Source: Hyaloraphidium curvatum SAG 235-1 (Eukaryota; Fungi; Monoblepharomycota). Taken from it: 64,000 nt of DNA. The notes under the pieces are model-generated. The model was not told the DNA's origin. It did no database searches and worked only from the letters and a program-made list of their open reading frames with translations. Position 1 is the first letter of the stretch. Each line of letters opens with the position of its first letter. The position numbers were made by a program, and so were the translations under genes. Where the stretch lies: contig JAIVFI010000020.1 of NCBI GenBank assembly GCA_025558095.1, forward strand, positions 620,001 through 684,000, given 5' to 3'. Of the stretch, positions 25,601 through 38,839 are shown piece by piece.

Positions 25601-26434
25601 GCCGGGCAGCGCGACCACGTTGGCGGCCTCGATGATCACGCGGGTCATGTTGGCGGTGTTGTTGTGGCCGATGGACACGGTGTTGCCGGGGAAGATGACG
25701 TTGACCGCGCGCACGTGGAGGCGGTACGCGGTGCGGATCGATGCCTGCCCGTTGGTCCAGCTCGACAGCAGCGAATCCAGCTCCGACATGTCCAGGTCCA
25801 CGGCGTCCACGGTGTACGACCCGAACGGGCCCGGGTTGGGCTCCACCCGCAGCGCCCAGCGCGCCGCCGACGCCGACACGTTGCGCGCGGCCGCGGCGAC
25901 CCCGGGGCACCTGTCCGCGCCGAATGTCGACGGCCGCCGGGTGCCCAGGGTCGGGTACTTTGCGGGCTCCGGTACGGGGGGCACGGGGGCGAAGAGATCG
26001 GGCGACATGCAGTCGTACGAGACGCGCAGGAACTTGTGGATGCCGGGGCAGGGGTCGCCCCACATGTCCTCGAAGTTGGCGTCCAGCAGGTAGCTGCAGG
26101 TCTGCTGGCCATCGCAGGCCCGGGCAATGTCGACCGCCAGGGCGGCGGAGAGGGCGGGCGACAGCGAGCAGCTGTCCGTCTGGGTGTTGTTCGCCGGCGT
26201 CTGGCAGGTGAACGCGAGCGCGGCCTCGCCGGGAATGTCGCGGCCGTAGAACGCGTCCGATATCGCGATGACGCCGCCGCCGCAGGACAGCTGGAGGGCC
26301 GTTCCGCCGCACGCGGTCGCGCGGAAGCCGGTGGTGCCGACGCCCGCGGGCGGACCCGATTGCCGCCGCAGCGGCGCAGCGGACGCCCCCGCAAAGAGGG
26401 CGGAAAAAGCAAGGAGGGGAAACAAGAGGCGCAT
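22664..26434 (-). CDS. Large secreted protein: signal peptide, SUEL/galactose-binding lectin domain, long coiled coil with hydrophobic hairpin (putative pore-forming toxin)
   Basis: Signal MRLLFPLLAFSALFAGASA; SUEL motif CGGTALQLSC...AFYGR...CDGQQTC...GDPCPGIHKFLRVSYDC. ORFs 25430-26434, 23954-25282, 23435-23833 and 22664-23266 are linked by short introns. Confidence 0.8.
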
Positions 26435-27047
26435 CGTGGGTCGCGGTGTGCTGCTGGCCGCACCGGCCCGGGGGACTTGAAGGGTCGATGGCCGTGTCGC
26501 TGCGCCTCGCGTCAGCCGCGCGGGCGGACTTCCTTTCGAACGCCGATGACAACCAAGTTCTGCCGGTCCGGCAAGGACGCGAGCTCCATGGATTCTTCTT
26601 TCGTTGGATCAACGGCGCCACAGACCCTAGCCACGGTCGATCTTTCCGACGGGGCGGGGAGATGGAGGCTTCCCCGCGCGGCCGGCCCGGCGGACCAATA
26701 TCCGAGCCCATGCTCAAGTTCCAGAGGACCCATCGCAAAAGTCTGAAACAGTTGAAGTGTTGTAGACTTGTTGCAGCAGCTTCTCTGATTTTTGCGGCGC
26801 TCCTGCCGATGGTGCACCGCGTCGGTCGGCGACGAGGTAGAGCAGTTCGTGGATGCCGCTCATTTCATACCTATTGCTGATTGCGATGACGGATCATGTC
26901 AAAAGCAACCTGGAGCACTATGTCGGAACGCAAGATCTCTAGCTTTCGGGGCTGTTGGAAGGCAGCATCGTCCCCGTAGTGTGCGCAACCTGCGTGCGCG
27001 CGCGCCTGCCCAGGTGGGCCGCCGAGGACAACCAACAAACAGGCGCG

Positions 27048-28443
27048 ATGGCCACCGACGCCGGCCCGTTCCGGCTCCTCCATTCTCTCCCCGTGGAGCT
27101 CGTCATCCAGATCGTATTGCGCTTGCCGGCCGAGGACGTCGTGCGCCTGGGCTTGGCGGACCGGCGGCTGCGGGAAGTCGCGTGCGACCCGCAGGTCTGG
27201 CTCCGCGTGCTGGCCGCCAAGGGTCTCGGCTGGCTCTCGGTGGACGGCGCCGCCGCGCTTCTGAGGCGCGTGGGCGACGCGGTGCCGCAGCTGGCGGCCC
27301 TCCGCGGGCCGGACGCGGTCGCCACGGCCTTGAAGGTTCTCTATTTCTGGCCGCGCTCTGTGGGCCGGGACGCGCCGTCCGAGCTCGACTCGGTGTGCAG
27401 ACACATCTCTTTCATCCGCGAGCGCGAGGTGTCCGAGTACGCCTCGGTCTTCGCCTCGGTGGTCCTCGACACCCCCCTGGCCTCGGACGCGGCGTGCATG
27501 GGCCCGCCCGGCCCGCCGCTTCCGGACGACGAGGGCAACGTCGACCCCGCGGACGCGAACGGCACACCTTGCAGTTACTCCCTGCCGGATCTGTGGCTCT
27601 GCCTGGCCCCGGGGTGCGGCTCGGTGCGGTGTGGGAGGACGTGCAGGCTGCACGCGCTGGGGCACTACCACCGCGAGAAGGGGCCGCACTGCGCCGTGAT
27701 CAAGCTGTCCACCGCCGAAGTTTGGTGCTACCAATGCGAACGATGGCTGGGGACGGTGCAGTCGCACCCGCTCGAGTTCCTGCGGATCCGGGAGGTCGGC
27801 GCGAGGATGCTCGGAGTGGACCGCCCGGGCGTCGTGGGAAACCTCCAGGGCCCCGCCTTGGGCAACGGTGGCGCCGTTGGGCGGGCGATCCGCTGGAGTG
27901 CCGCTCACAGAGAGTACCTGCTCAACCCGCGGCGGCAGGAGGAGAGATCGTGGTCGATGCGCGGGGACCAGGGTGACGGCCCGGTGTGGCTGATCGGGCA
28001 GCCGTTCCTGTCGCAGTGGAACGCGTGGGTCGCTGCGTGCCGCGTGCTTTGCGACCGACTGATTCCCTCTTCGCGTGGGCAGCTTCCTGATCGGCAACGG
28101 CCCGCCCCCCGAGTCGGCCGACCACGCCTCCCTCTACATCCCCGGCACCTCGCCGCCCCGGATCAACCCCGAGCTCGCCTTCCTCGGCGTCAGCTTCGTC
28201 TCGGCCCACGACCGCGCCCGCTTCGCCGCCGCGTACCCCTCGACCGGCCTCGGGCCCGTCTGCGAGACGGCGATCCCCGACACCGAGGAGTACACCGTGC
28301 TGAGGCGGTTCGTCGCCAGACACCGGCTGGCGAATGCAGAGTGGCAGGGCGACGACATGGAGGGGGAAGGCGAATGGGAGGGGGACGATTTCGACGATGA
28401 GGCCGAGGTGATGGAGGCTTTCCAGCAGTTCATGGGGATATGA
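27048..28443 (+). CDS. F-box + UBP-type zinc finger + DUSP-like domain protein
   Basis: LLHSLPVELVIQIVLRLPAEDVVRL (F-box); LWLCLAPGCGSVRCGR...HALGHY...H...VWCYQCE (ZnF-UBP); WLIGQPFLSQWNA|FLIGNGPPPESADH (DUSP-like). One intron at about 28025-28082. Confidence 0.82.
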
Positions 28444-28709
28444 GGCGGGGAGGGGTGGGGCTGCGGCCTGGGCGCTTTGTGTTCCGGTGACTTCGAAGTT
28501 CTTGTACACGGCTTGAATATTGTCGCTGCCAACATTCAGTCTTCGAGTGCGAGCGGCATCGGCGCCAGGGTCCGCCCGCAGCGTGTTGGCGCAGCGTCCC
28601 CAGCAACACGGCGACCTTGACGGCGACCCCTCAAACATACTGGCGGCCCTCTCCGAGCCCGCCGCGGCCGGTGCCCTGGACTAAAAGCGGCTTTAACCGC
28701 CGTTCCCGC

Positions 28710-29950
28710 ATGGCGTCGGCGCCGCCGTCCCGCGGGGAGCGCGCGCGCGGGGTCGCGCTCACCGCGGCGGGCATCCTCGCGTCGTTCCTCGTGTACGGCG
28801 TCGCGCAGGAAAAGATCATGACGACCCCGTACGGCGAGGACGGCGAGCGCTTCGACGAGACGGCGTTCCTCGTGCTCCTCAACCGCCTGGTCGCCGTGGC
28901 CCTCGCCGCCGCGCTCATGTGGGCCAATCGGGCCACCGATAAGGACCAGTTCGCCCCGGCCGCGCCGCTGCGGAGCTACCTGGCGATCGCCGCGTGCAAT
29001 TTCCTGTCGACGTTTGCGCAGTACGAGGCGCTCAAGTATCTGTCGTTCCCGATGCAGACGCTGGGCAAGACGGGCAAGATGGTGCCCGTGCTGCTGATCG
29101 GCGCGCTGCTGCAGGGCAAGAAGTACGGCGCAGTGGACTACGCGACGGTGGCGGCCGTCACCCTGGGATCCTTCCTCTTCATCACCTCGGGCGAGATCCG
29201 GTCGTCGTTCCACCCGCCGCGGCCGCACGACACGTTCGCGGGAATGCTGCTGCTAGCGCTATACCTCTTCTTCGACGGGTTCACCACAACGTCGCAGGAG
29301 CGGCTGTTCAGAGCGTATGCGATGTCCGCTCCGCACCAGATGTTCTGGGTGGGCGCGTGGGCCGTCGTGCTCAGCATACTTCGTGGGTGATGCACAGGCC
29401 CGGGCTTTCCCCCCCCCCTCACCTTTCAACCAGTCCTCCTCTTCCCCATCGATACCCTCCTCACCACGGGCACCCTGGAGCACAACAAGCTCGGCCCCGC
29501 CGTCGCCTTTGCCGCGCGCCATCCCGCTCTCTTGGCGGACGCCCTGGTGCTCTCTTTCGCGGCCACGGCGGGGCAGGCGCTGATCTACTTTTGCATCCGC
29601 ACCTACGGTGCCCTGGTGCTGTCCACCAGTACGTCCCCCCGCGCTCGCACGCCCCGCTTTCGCACGCTGACCGCCCTTCAGTCCTCACAACGCGCCAGAT
29701 CATCTCCATCCTCCTCTCCGCCCTCATCTTCGCGCACCCCATCACCCCCGCGCAGTGGCTCGCCTTCGCCGCCGTCTTCGGCGCGCTGTACTTCCGCGCA
29801 TTCGCGCACCGCCGCGGCGAGCCCGCGGGGGGGAAGCCGCTGCCGCTGCTGCCGCTGCAGGCTAAGAGCTCGGATGATATACTGCGCATCGGTGGGGAGG
29901 GGGAGATTGGGGTCGCGGGGAACGGGGTGGGGCGGGAGGCCGGGCGCTAG
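28710..29950 (+). CDS. UAA-family nucleotide-sugar/PAPS transporter (SLC35B2-like)
   Basis: YGVAQEKIMTTPY, QYEALKYLSFPMQTLGKTGKMVPV, FDGFTTTSQERLF and TTRQIISILLS motifs. Confidence 0.9.
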
Positions 29951-30020
29951 AGGGTTCATGCCGACATAGAGCGATACCAATGATGTATATCTGGCTCGTC
30001 CAATGCTGTGTCGAACTAGA

Positions 30021-30936
30021 CTACAGTTTGAACTGCTGCTGCTTCGCGACGACGCCTAGTTCTGCAATGACGTGGTCAGCCTGCGCCAGCGACTGCCGCT
30101 GGGCCCGGCAGAGACTCACCACCGAAGTAGCGGACAAAGTTTACGGGCCGCTCTGATACGGGCTTCTTCCCGCCGCCGTCGATCCCGAGCAGGATGTCGC
30201 CCAGCGCCTTGCATTCCCGGTCGTTGAGCGCGAGCATCTCGTCCCTCCACGGCTGCGGCCGGAGCATGGCCTTGGTCGCGAAGAGGGCAGCGGGGGAGAG
30301 CTGTGCGAGGGGCACGATGTCCTTTGCCATCGCCGCGTCCAGGATGCTGGGCGTCGATGCGGGGAAGATCCGCGTAACGAAGCTCCCCGCGGCCTCCTTC
30401 GCCGTTATCCTGTTGGCCCCCACGAGGATGTCGAACGCCCTGCGCTCCCCGAACAGCCGGGGAAAGATGGCCGTCGAGCATCCGCCGGGGGGCACGCCGA
30501 CCCTCGTGAAGGGCGCCAGGAGGCCCGCGTCCTCGCGCGCGTAGACGAAGTCCGCGAGGCCGAGGGTGGTGAAACCGAACCCGATCGCGTTGCCATTCAC
30601 CGCCGCCACGAGGATCTTTGGGAAGGCGATCATGGACCGCACCAGCTCGCGCCAGACGGCGAGCCCGGCCTCGAGGTCCGCGTCCGTGATCTTCTCCAGC
30701 GGCACCTTGAGCGCCTCCGTCTCGATCCCGGAGCAGTAAAAGTTCCGCCCGTTGGCGGCGTCCTGGCCCGTCAGAACGAGCACGGAGCAATCCGGGTCCC
30801 CGGCGGCGCGCCGGATTCCGTCCAGCCATTCGAGCATCGTCGAGGGGAGCGCGGCGTTGCGCGAGGCGGGCCGCGAGAAAGTGAGGACCGACACGCGAGT
30901 CTTGGGATCGTTTCGGTACGGCATCGTCGAGGCCAT
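30021..30936 (-). CDS. Crotonase-fold enoyl-CoA delta-isomerase (Eci1/ECI2-like); spliced C-terminus ends FKL
   Basis: FYCSGIE, FPKILVAAVNGNAIGFG and APFTRVG motifs. Terminal intron 30119-30062 (gtgagt...ctgac...tgcag) gives ...FGELGVVAKQQQFKL*. Confidence 0.85.
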
Positions 30937-31108
30937 GGTTTCGGCCGCGATTCGGGCTCGATGAACGATTTGAATGTCCAGAAGCGATGTCTCCCGGAGC
31001 CGCGGCGATCGGCGCGGAAGGATCTGGACGAGTCGTCCACAAACACCACCACCGGCATCTCGCTCTGGCCCGTCTGCCCTGCGAATCCCTCCCAAACACC
31101 TTCTTGCA

Positions 31109-31619
31109 ATGTCGGACAAGAAGATTTCTCGCGCGGAGGTGGCCAAGCACAACACGCAGGTGGCAGCGGCCGCCGGTCTACCGCCTCTTCCCGGCTCAAC
31201 GAAACCGCTGGAAATGCCCTATCCCCCCCCCCACCGGTCGCGCGTTTGTTCGCTTCGAATCATCTCAGGACAGTGCCTGGATCATCTTGGATGGAGGCGT
31301 CTACGACTTGACGAAGTTCATGAAGGTTCGTGTTCAGTCGACCTGCTATCTCCCACGCTCTCGACAATGACACGCCGACTCCTCGCAGGTTCACCCCGGA
31401 GGTGAGGGCCGGACGCGTCTGCCACTTTTGTGGCCTCGTTGCCGCGGACTCCGTGTCAACCAAACGTTGTCCTGCCCCGCAGGCCCGAAACCCATCCTCT
31501 CGTTCGCCGGCCGCGATGCCTCGCTGCTCTTCCACCAGGTCCACGAGCACATCATCGGGCAGGTCACCAAGAACCGGGCACGCATGCAGATCGGCGTCGT
31601 CTCGGACGAGAAGCTCTAG
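31109..31619 (+). CDS. Soluble cytochrome b5 (no TM tail), C-terminal EKL
   Basis: MSDKKISRAEVAKHNTQ|DSAWIILDGGVYDLTKFMK|VHPG|GPKPILSFAGRDASLLFHQVH...EKL; four exons. Confidence 0.88.
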
Positions 31620-31652
31620 TGGAATGTGATTGGGACGCAGATTCGCGGCCGT

Positions 31653-34357
<2,705 letters not shown>

Positions 34358-34611
34358 TGCAAGGCCGCGTTGGAAGTCCGCAAACCGAATCTAGCGTCCT
34401 TCGCGGGCCAGAGAGAGTGTTCCGTATTCCGAAGTTGCCGCCGAGCAAGGACCACGCGGTGCGTCGCGCATCGCAAACGTCTCCCATCCGAACTTGCCTC
34501 TTCTCCGGTGGCTATCAAGACCATCCTGCCCATCGCTTGCGCTACATTGGTTGCTGGACCGCTCTCCCGCTCCCCCTAGTTCACCCTTTCTCTTGCGGCC
34601 TCTGGAACGCG

Positions 34612-36758
34612 ATGGCGTCGCCAGCGCGGAAACGCCGGCCCTCTTCGTTCCGCGGATCCTACTCGGACGATGTCCACGTCTCCGCCAAAGAGATCGCGAC
34701 AGACGTGCTGCGGTCTCTCGGATTCGGCGACGACGTAGTCTCCCAGCTCCTGGGCCGCGTCTCAATCGCCGGTCCCACCGAGCCCTTCCTCCCCTGCGTC
34801 TTCCGGGTGACCGACGCGATGACGGCGCTCCAGCTCAGCGTGGCGTCCCTTGCCAACCTCTGGGGTCTGCGGAGGAACGGCTACCTCCAGGATGTGCGGG
34901 TCAGCACCGAGACCGCGAGCATGCAGTTCTTCAGCGCCTTCTCGTTCGAGATATCCGCCCGGAAGATGTTTCCCAACCTGCCGGGGCCCGAGGACAGGCC
35001 GCTTTTATGGAGGGAATGGACGCCGTCGCTGACGGGTTTCGCGGAGCCCGACGTGACCGCGCGCTTTGGGTCCGTCTACTGGCAGCTTTGGGAAACGGGA
35101 GATGGCCGCTATGTCTTCGTGGGTCTCGCGAAAGCACGTAGAACGAAGTCCCCAATTGATACCCTCGTCTGCTCTAGCTCTCTCCCTTCATCAACCCGTA
35201 CCCCCCGGAGAAGCTCCTCGAGCTGGTCGGATTCCAGCAGCCCGAGATCCCGCGCTTCTTCTCGCTCCTCGAGAAGGACGAGGGCATCCCCGAGGCCCTG
35301 GAGGCCATGCGCCGGGCCCTGAAGCGCATCCCCTCGGCGATGGACCTCGAGAAGGCCATGTTCAAGGAGAAGGCCGGCGGATGCTGGGCCATCAAGACCC
35401 TGGACGAGTTCCTCGACGGCGACCAGGGGGTCTGGAGCGCGGCCCACGACCAGATCCACGTCGAGCAGGTCGGGACCGACAAGTGGGGACCCGCAGGATT
35501 CGGCGAGCCGGTCAAGGAGGGCGAGGGGCTGTACAAGGGGATCAAGGTCGTGGAAATGACGCGGATCGTGATGGGACCGGTGTGCGTTACATTTCGCCGG
35601 TTGCTTTGCTTGAACCTAACGACATTGGCCCCACAGGATCAGCTCCTTCCTTGCCAACATGGGCGCCGACGTCGTGCGGATCGCTTCCGAGACGGTCAAC
35701 GAGATGCCCAACTGGAACTTCACCCAGACCACCAACAAGCGCTGCATCGCGCTGAACCTGAAGGACCCGAAGGACAAGGCGGTGATGGACCGGCTGCTCG
35801 ACGAGGCCGACGTGGTCCTGCAGAACAACGCCTACGGGGCCGTCGAGCGCCTCGGCTACGGGTTCGACGACCTCTGCAAGAGGTTTGCGAACCGCAAGAA
35901 GGGCTTCGTGTACTGCGAGGGCAACTCGCTCGGTTTCACGGGCCCGTGGGCATCTTCGGGAGGATTCGATCAAGGTAACGTCCGCTATCGCCCCATGCGG
36001 CGTCATACATGTCTAACGGCGTGCAATCCAGTGGGGCAGATCTGCTCCGGCGCCGCCTTTGCCATGGGCCGGGAGGTCCACGGCCACGGAGAAGGAGCCG
36101 GCCCGGCCGGCGTCAAGCCGCACTTCTTCCCGAGCACCATCTGCGACGCCACGACCGGCATGTCGGGCGCCGTGGGCCTGCACGCCGCGCTCTACCGCCG
36201 CGCGACGGAGGGCGGGTCGTACCGCGTCCGGGTCGCCCTCGCCCGGTCGGGGATGTTCTATCAGGAGCTGGGGATGTACCAGAGCAAGGCGCTGCGGAAG
36301 AAGGTTATGAGCAGGTGCGGGATCGGCGGCGGAGGTGGTTCTGTTTGCCCGACTAATTGGCATCGTGAACTTCTTTGCGCAGATTCGAATACCTGGACCC
36401 TCTGCCCGACCCGAAGGCCCGCTTTTTCGGGGTCATGGACGCCTTCTTCCAGTATCATGAAGCCCTGCGCGACACCATGCCCCACCTGTTCTCCGACGAG
36501 CACTGGATGCGGTTCCGCGACTCGCCGTTCGGAGGGGTGCCCCTGCGCATCGTGCGCCCCGCCTTTTCCCTTTCGCGCAACCCGGTCGCCGTCCGCATCC
36601 AGCCGCGACCGCTGGGCTACGACTCGACTCCGGCGAGCAGGATCGCCATGAGGGGGGAGCTGAGGTGGCTCGATGAGCAGGCTCGGGATGTGGAACGGGA
36701 CGGGGACGAGTGGTGGTTCAGGACCGTCGAGGGCGGTGCGGATAGCGCGAAGCTGTGA
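34612..36758 (+). CDS. Family III CoA-transferase (CaiB/BaiF-like), C-terminal AKL
   Basis: GIKVVEMTRIVMGP, LANMGADVVRI, NKRCIALNLK, ADVVLQN, GGFDQ, and RRATEGGSY.V.VALAR motifs. Confidence 0.88.
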
Positions 36759-37053
36759 AATTTCTTGGGTTCTTCGTATTGTCTGTTCACCAGAACACCG
36801 CGCGGCTCGCAGCAGCTGTCGTGCAATGGAGGAAGCAACTTGCATGATGGATGCCAGAGTTGGAAGAGCACTAGGCTCCACTTCAACACTGCAGGCAGGA
36901 GTGCCGCCCGTCCTCCGCACACGTCAGCGGCCATCGTGGAAGGCGTGGGGCATTTTGGGGATCGCGCGAGGCCCGTTCTGCCGCAGGCGGCGGCTGGGGG
37001 GACAGGGAGAGAGCCATTCCAACCGCCAGAAACCCGAGCTCCGCCCGACTCCG

Positions 37054-38709
37054 ATGGCGGGAATGCTTGCGGACATTCTCTCCCCGCTGAAGCGGTCCCG
37101 CGCCGGGCGGCCGCCGCCCGTCGCCGCCGCGCGGGAACCGCCGTCCCCGCGCGTCGCCCCCGAACCCGCGCCCCTCCCCACGCCGTCGTCCCCGGACCCG
37201 CCCGCAAACGCGGTGCAGCCGGCCGCCCGCGAGAGGCCGTGGCCGCCTCCGCCGCCGATGGCCCCGCCCGGCGAGTACCCGCTGAATCCCAGCCCCGCCC
37301 AGGTGGCAGAGCTCATCGAGTATGGCAAGGTGAGGCCTGCCGGTGGGAGCGGGGGGCGCAATTGAATCGGGATCGCGCCGGCAGGTGCGGCGAAAGATGT
37401 ACAAGGACGTGAAGCTCCTCGGGAGCGGCGCCGAAGCCACGGTCAAGCAAGCCGTGGTCCGGGAGACGGGCCAGATCGTGGCGCTCAAAACCATGCCGAA
37501 GCCGGAGTTGATGCCCGCAGGGGGCAAACTGGGCGCTAAAGCGGCCTCGGCGGAGTCCGTGCGGGTCAGGGAGGCGTTCGAGAGGGACATTCGAAAGCGT
37601 TACGTCGCGATGAAGAGACTAGGAAATCATCCGAGGATTCCAACGTGAGGCTGTTGAGCGCCTCGCGGATGACGCCCATGCCGACGTGCAAATTCGCAGA
37701 TACCACGAGCTCTTCGAGGTGACCGACAAGTTCTACCTGATCCTGGACGTCGCACCGGGTGGCAATCTGGGTCAATACCTCCGACGGCAGGGCGGAATCA
37801 TCGAGGACGAGCAGCTCGCAGCGCGCATTGCGTCGTACATACTGGAAGGCCTGGTCTTTGTGCACTCCCGCGGGGTCATCCACCGCGACCTGAAGCCCAC
37901 CAACATCCTCCTCGCCGATGACCGGGTCGAAACGCTCTTCCTCTCGGACTTTTCCAACGCATACGTGGATCCGGCTCTCTACGGGACGGACATGACGGGG
38001 CAGCTGCTCACCCCGATGTCGCCTGTGACCCAGTCGTCAGACGACTCCAGCGAGGTCATGAACAAGGCCTTTGCCAAAACGGTTACGGGAACGCCGTTCT
38101 ACCTTGCCCCGGAGATCGTGATGGCGCAGCCCTACACCAACTCGGTGGACATGTGGTCCGCAGGCTGCATCATCTACGAGGTGGGGGAGGTTTCAGGGGC
38201 GGCTCCCGCTCCTCTGTGGTAGACTGATGGAAACGTTTCCCCACATCCAGATCCTGTTCGGCCGCACCCCCTTCGCCACCGCGGCAAGATCAATGACGGA
38301 ACTCTTCAACTGCATCGGTTCGGCGCGGATCAACTACCCGACCGAGGACCGCGAGTACGGCCTGTCCCAGCAGGCGCTCTCGTTCCTCACCCGCCTCCTC
38401 GTGCGCGACCCCGCGGGGAGGATGACGGCCGCCGAGGCGATGCGGCATCCGTGGATCGCGGGGGTGCTGCAGAAAGGACCTGCCGGTTCCTTGGAGAGGG
38501 AGCAGAAGGCAGCGGGGCTGGCGCCGGTCGCGGCACCGATGCAGCTGAGTGTTTCTCCGGCCCTGAGGCCGACCAAGCTTGCGGATCCGGAAGCGGAGAC
38601 ATCTGCTCCAGTTGCTGAGAGGAGGTTGTCTGGCGTTGAAGTCATGTGGAGCATGGGCGAGCTGGTGCCGATGCTGCCGACTCTGCAGGCCCCGCCGAGC
38701 TTCCCGTGA
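37054..38709 (+). CDS. Ser/Thr protein kinase, CAMK-like, with DFS in place of DFG
   Basis: LGSGAEATV, VALK, HRDLKPTNILL, LSDFSNA, GTPFYLAPE and DMWSAG motifs. Confidence 0.88.
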
Positions 38710-38839
38710 CAGCTGCATCCCTGGCCTGGACATGTATATAACTGAACTGCAATCTTCCTTTGCGAAATTTGAGAGAAAAGAGTAGTTTGCCAAAGTTGGT
38801 TACAGGAAAAAGACTGTACAAGCCTCCCGGCCGGGGCCA

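Noticed and set aside
16982-29950. Sulfotransferase plus PAPS transporter as a sulfation cluster
   Set aside because: They are more than 10 kb apart with unrelated genes between them, and the transporter looks like a housekeeping ortholog.
30076-30119. ORF-track C-terminus ...GPAAVAGAG of the enoyl-CoA isomerase
   Set aside because: It reads through a canonical intron (gtgagt...ctgac...tgcag). The spliced end is ...QQQFKL.
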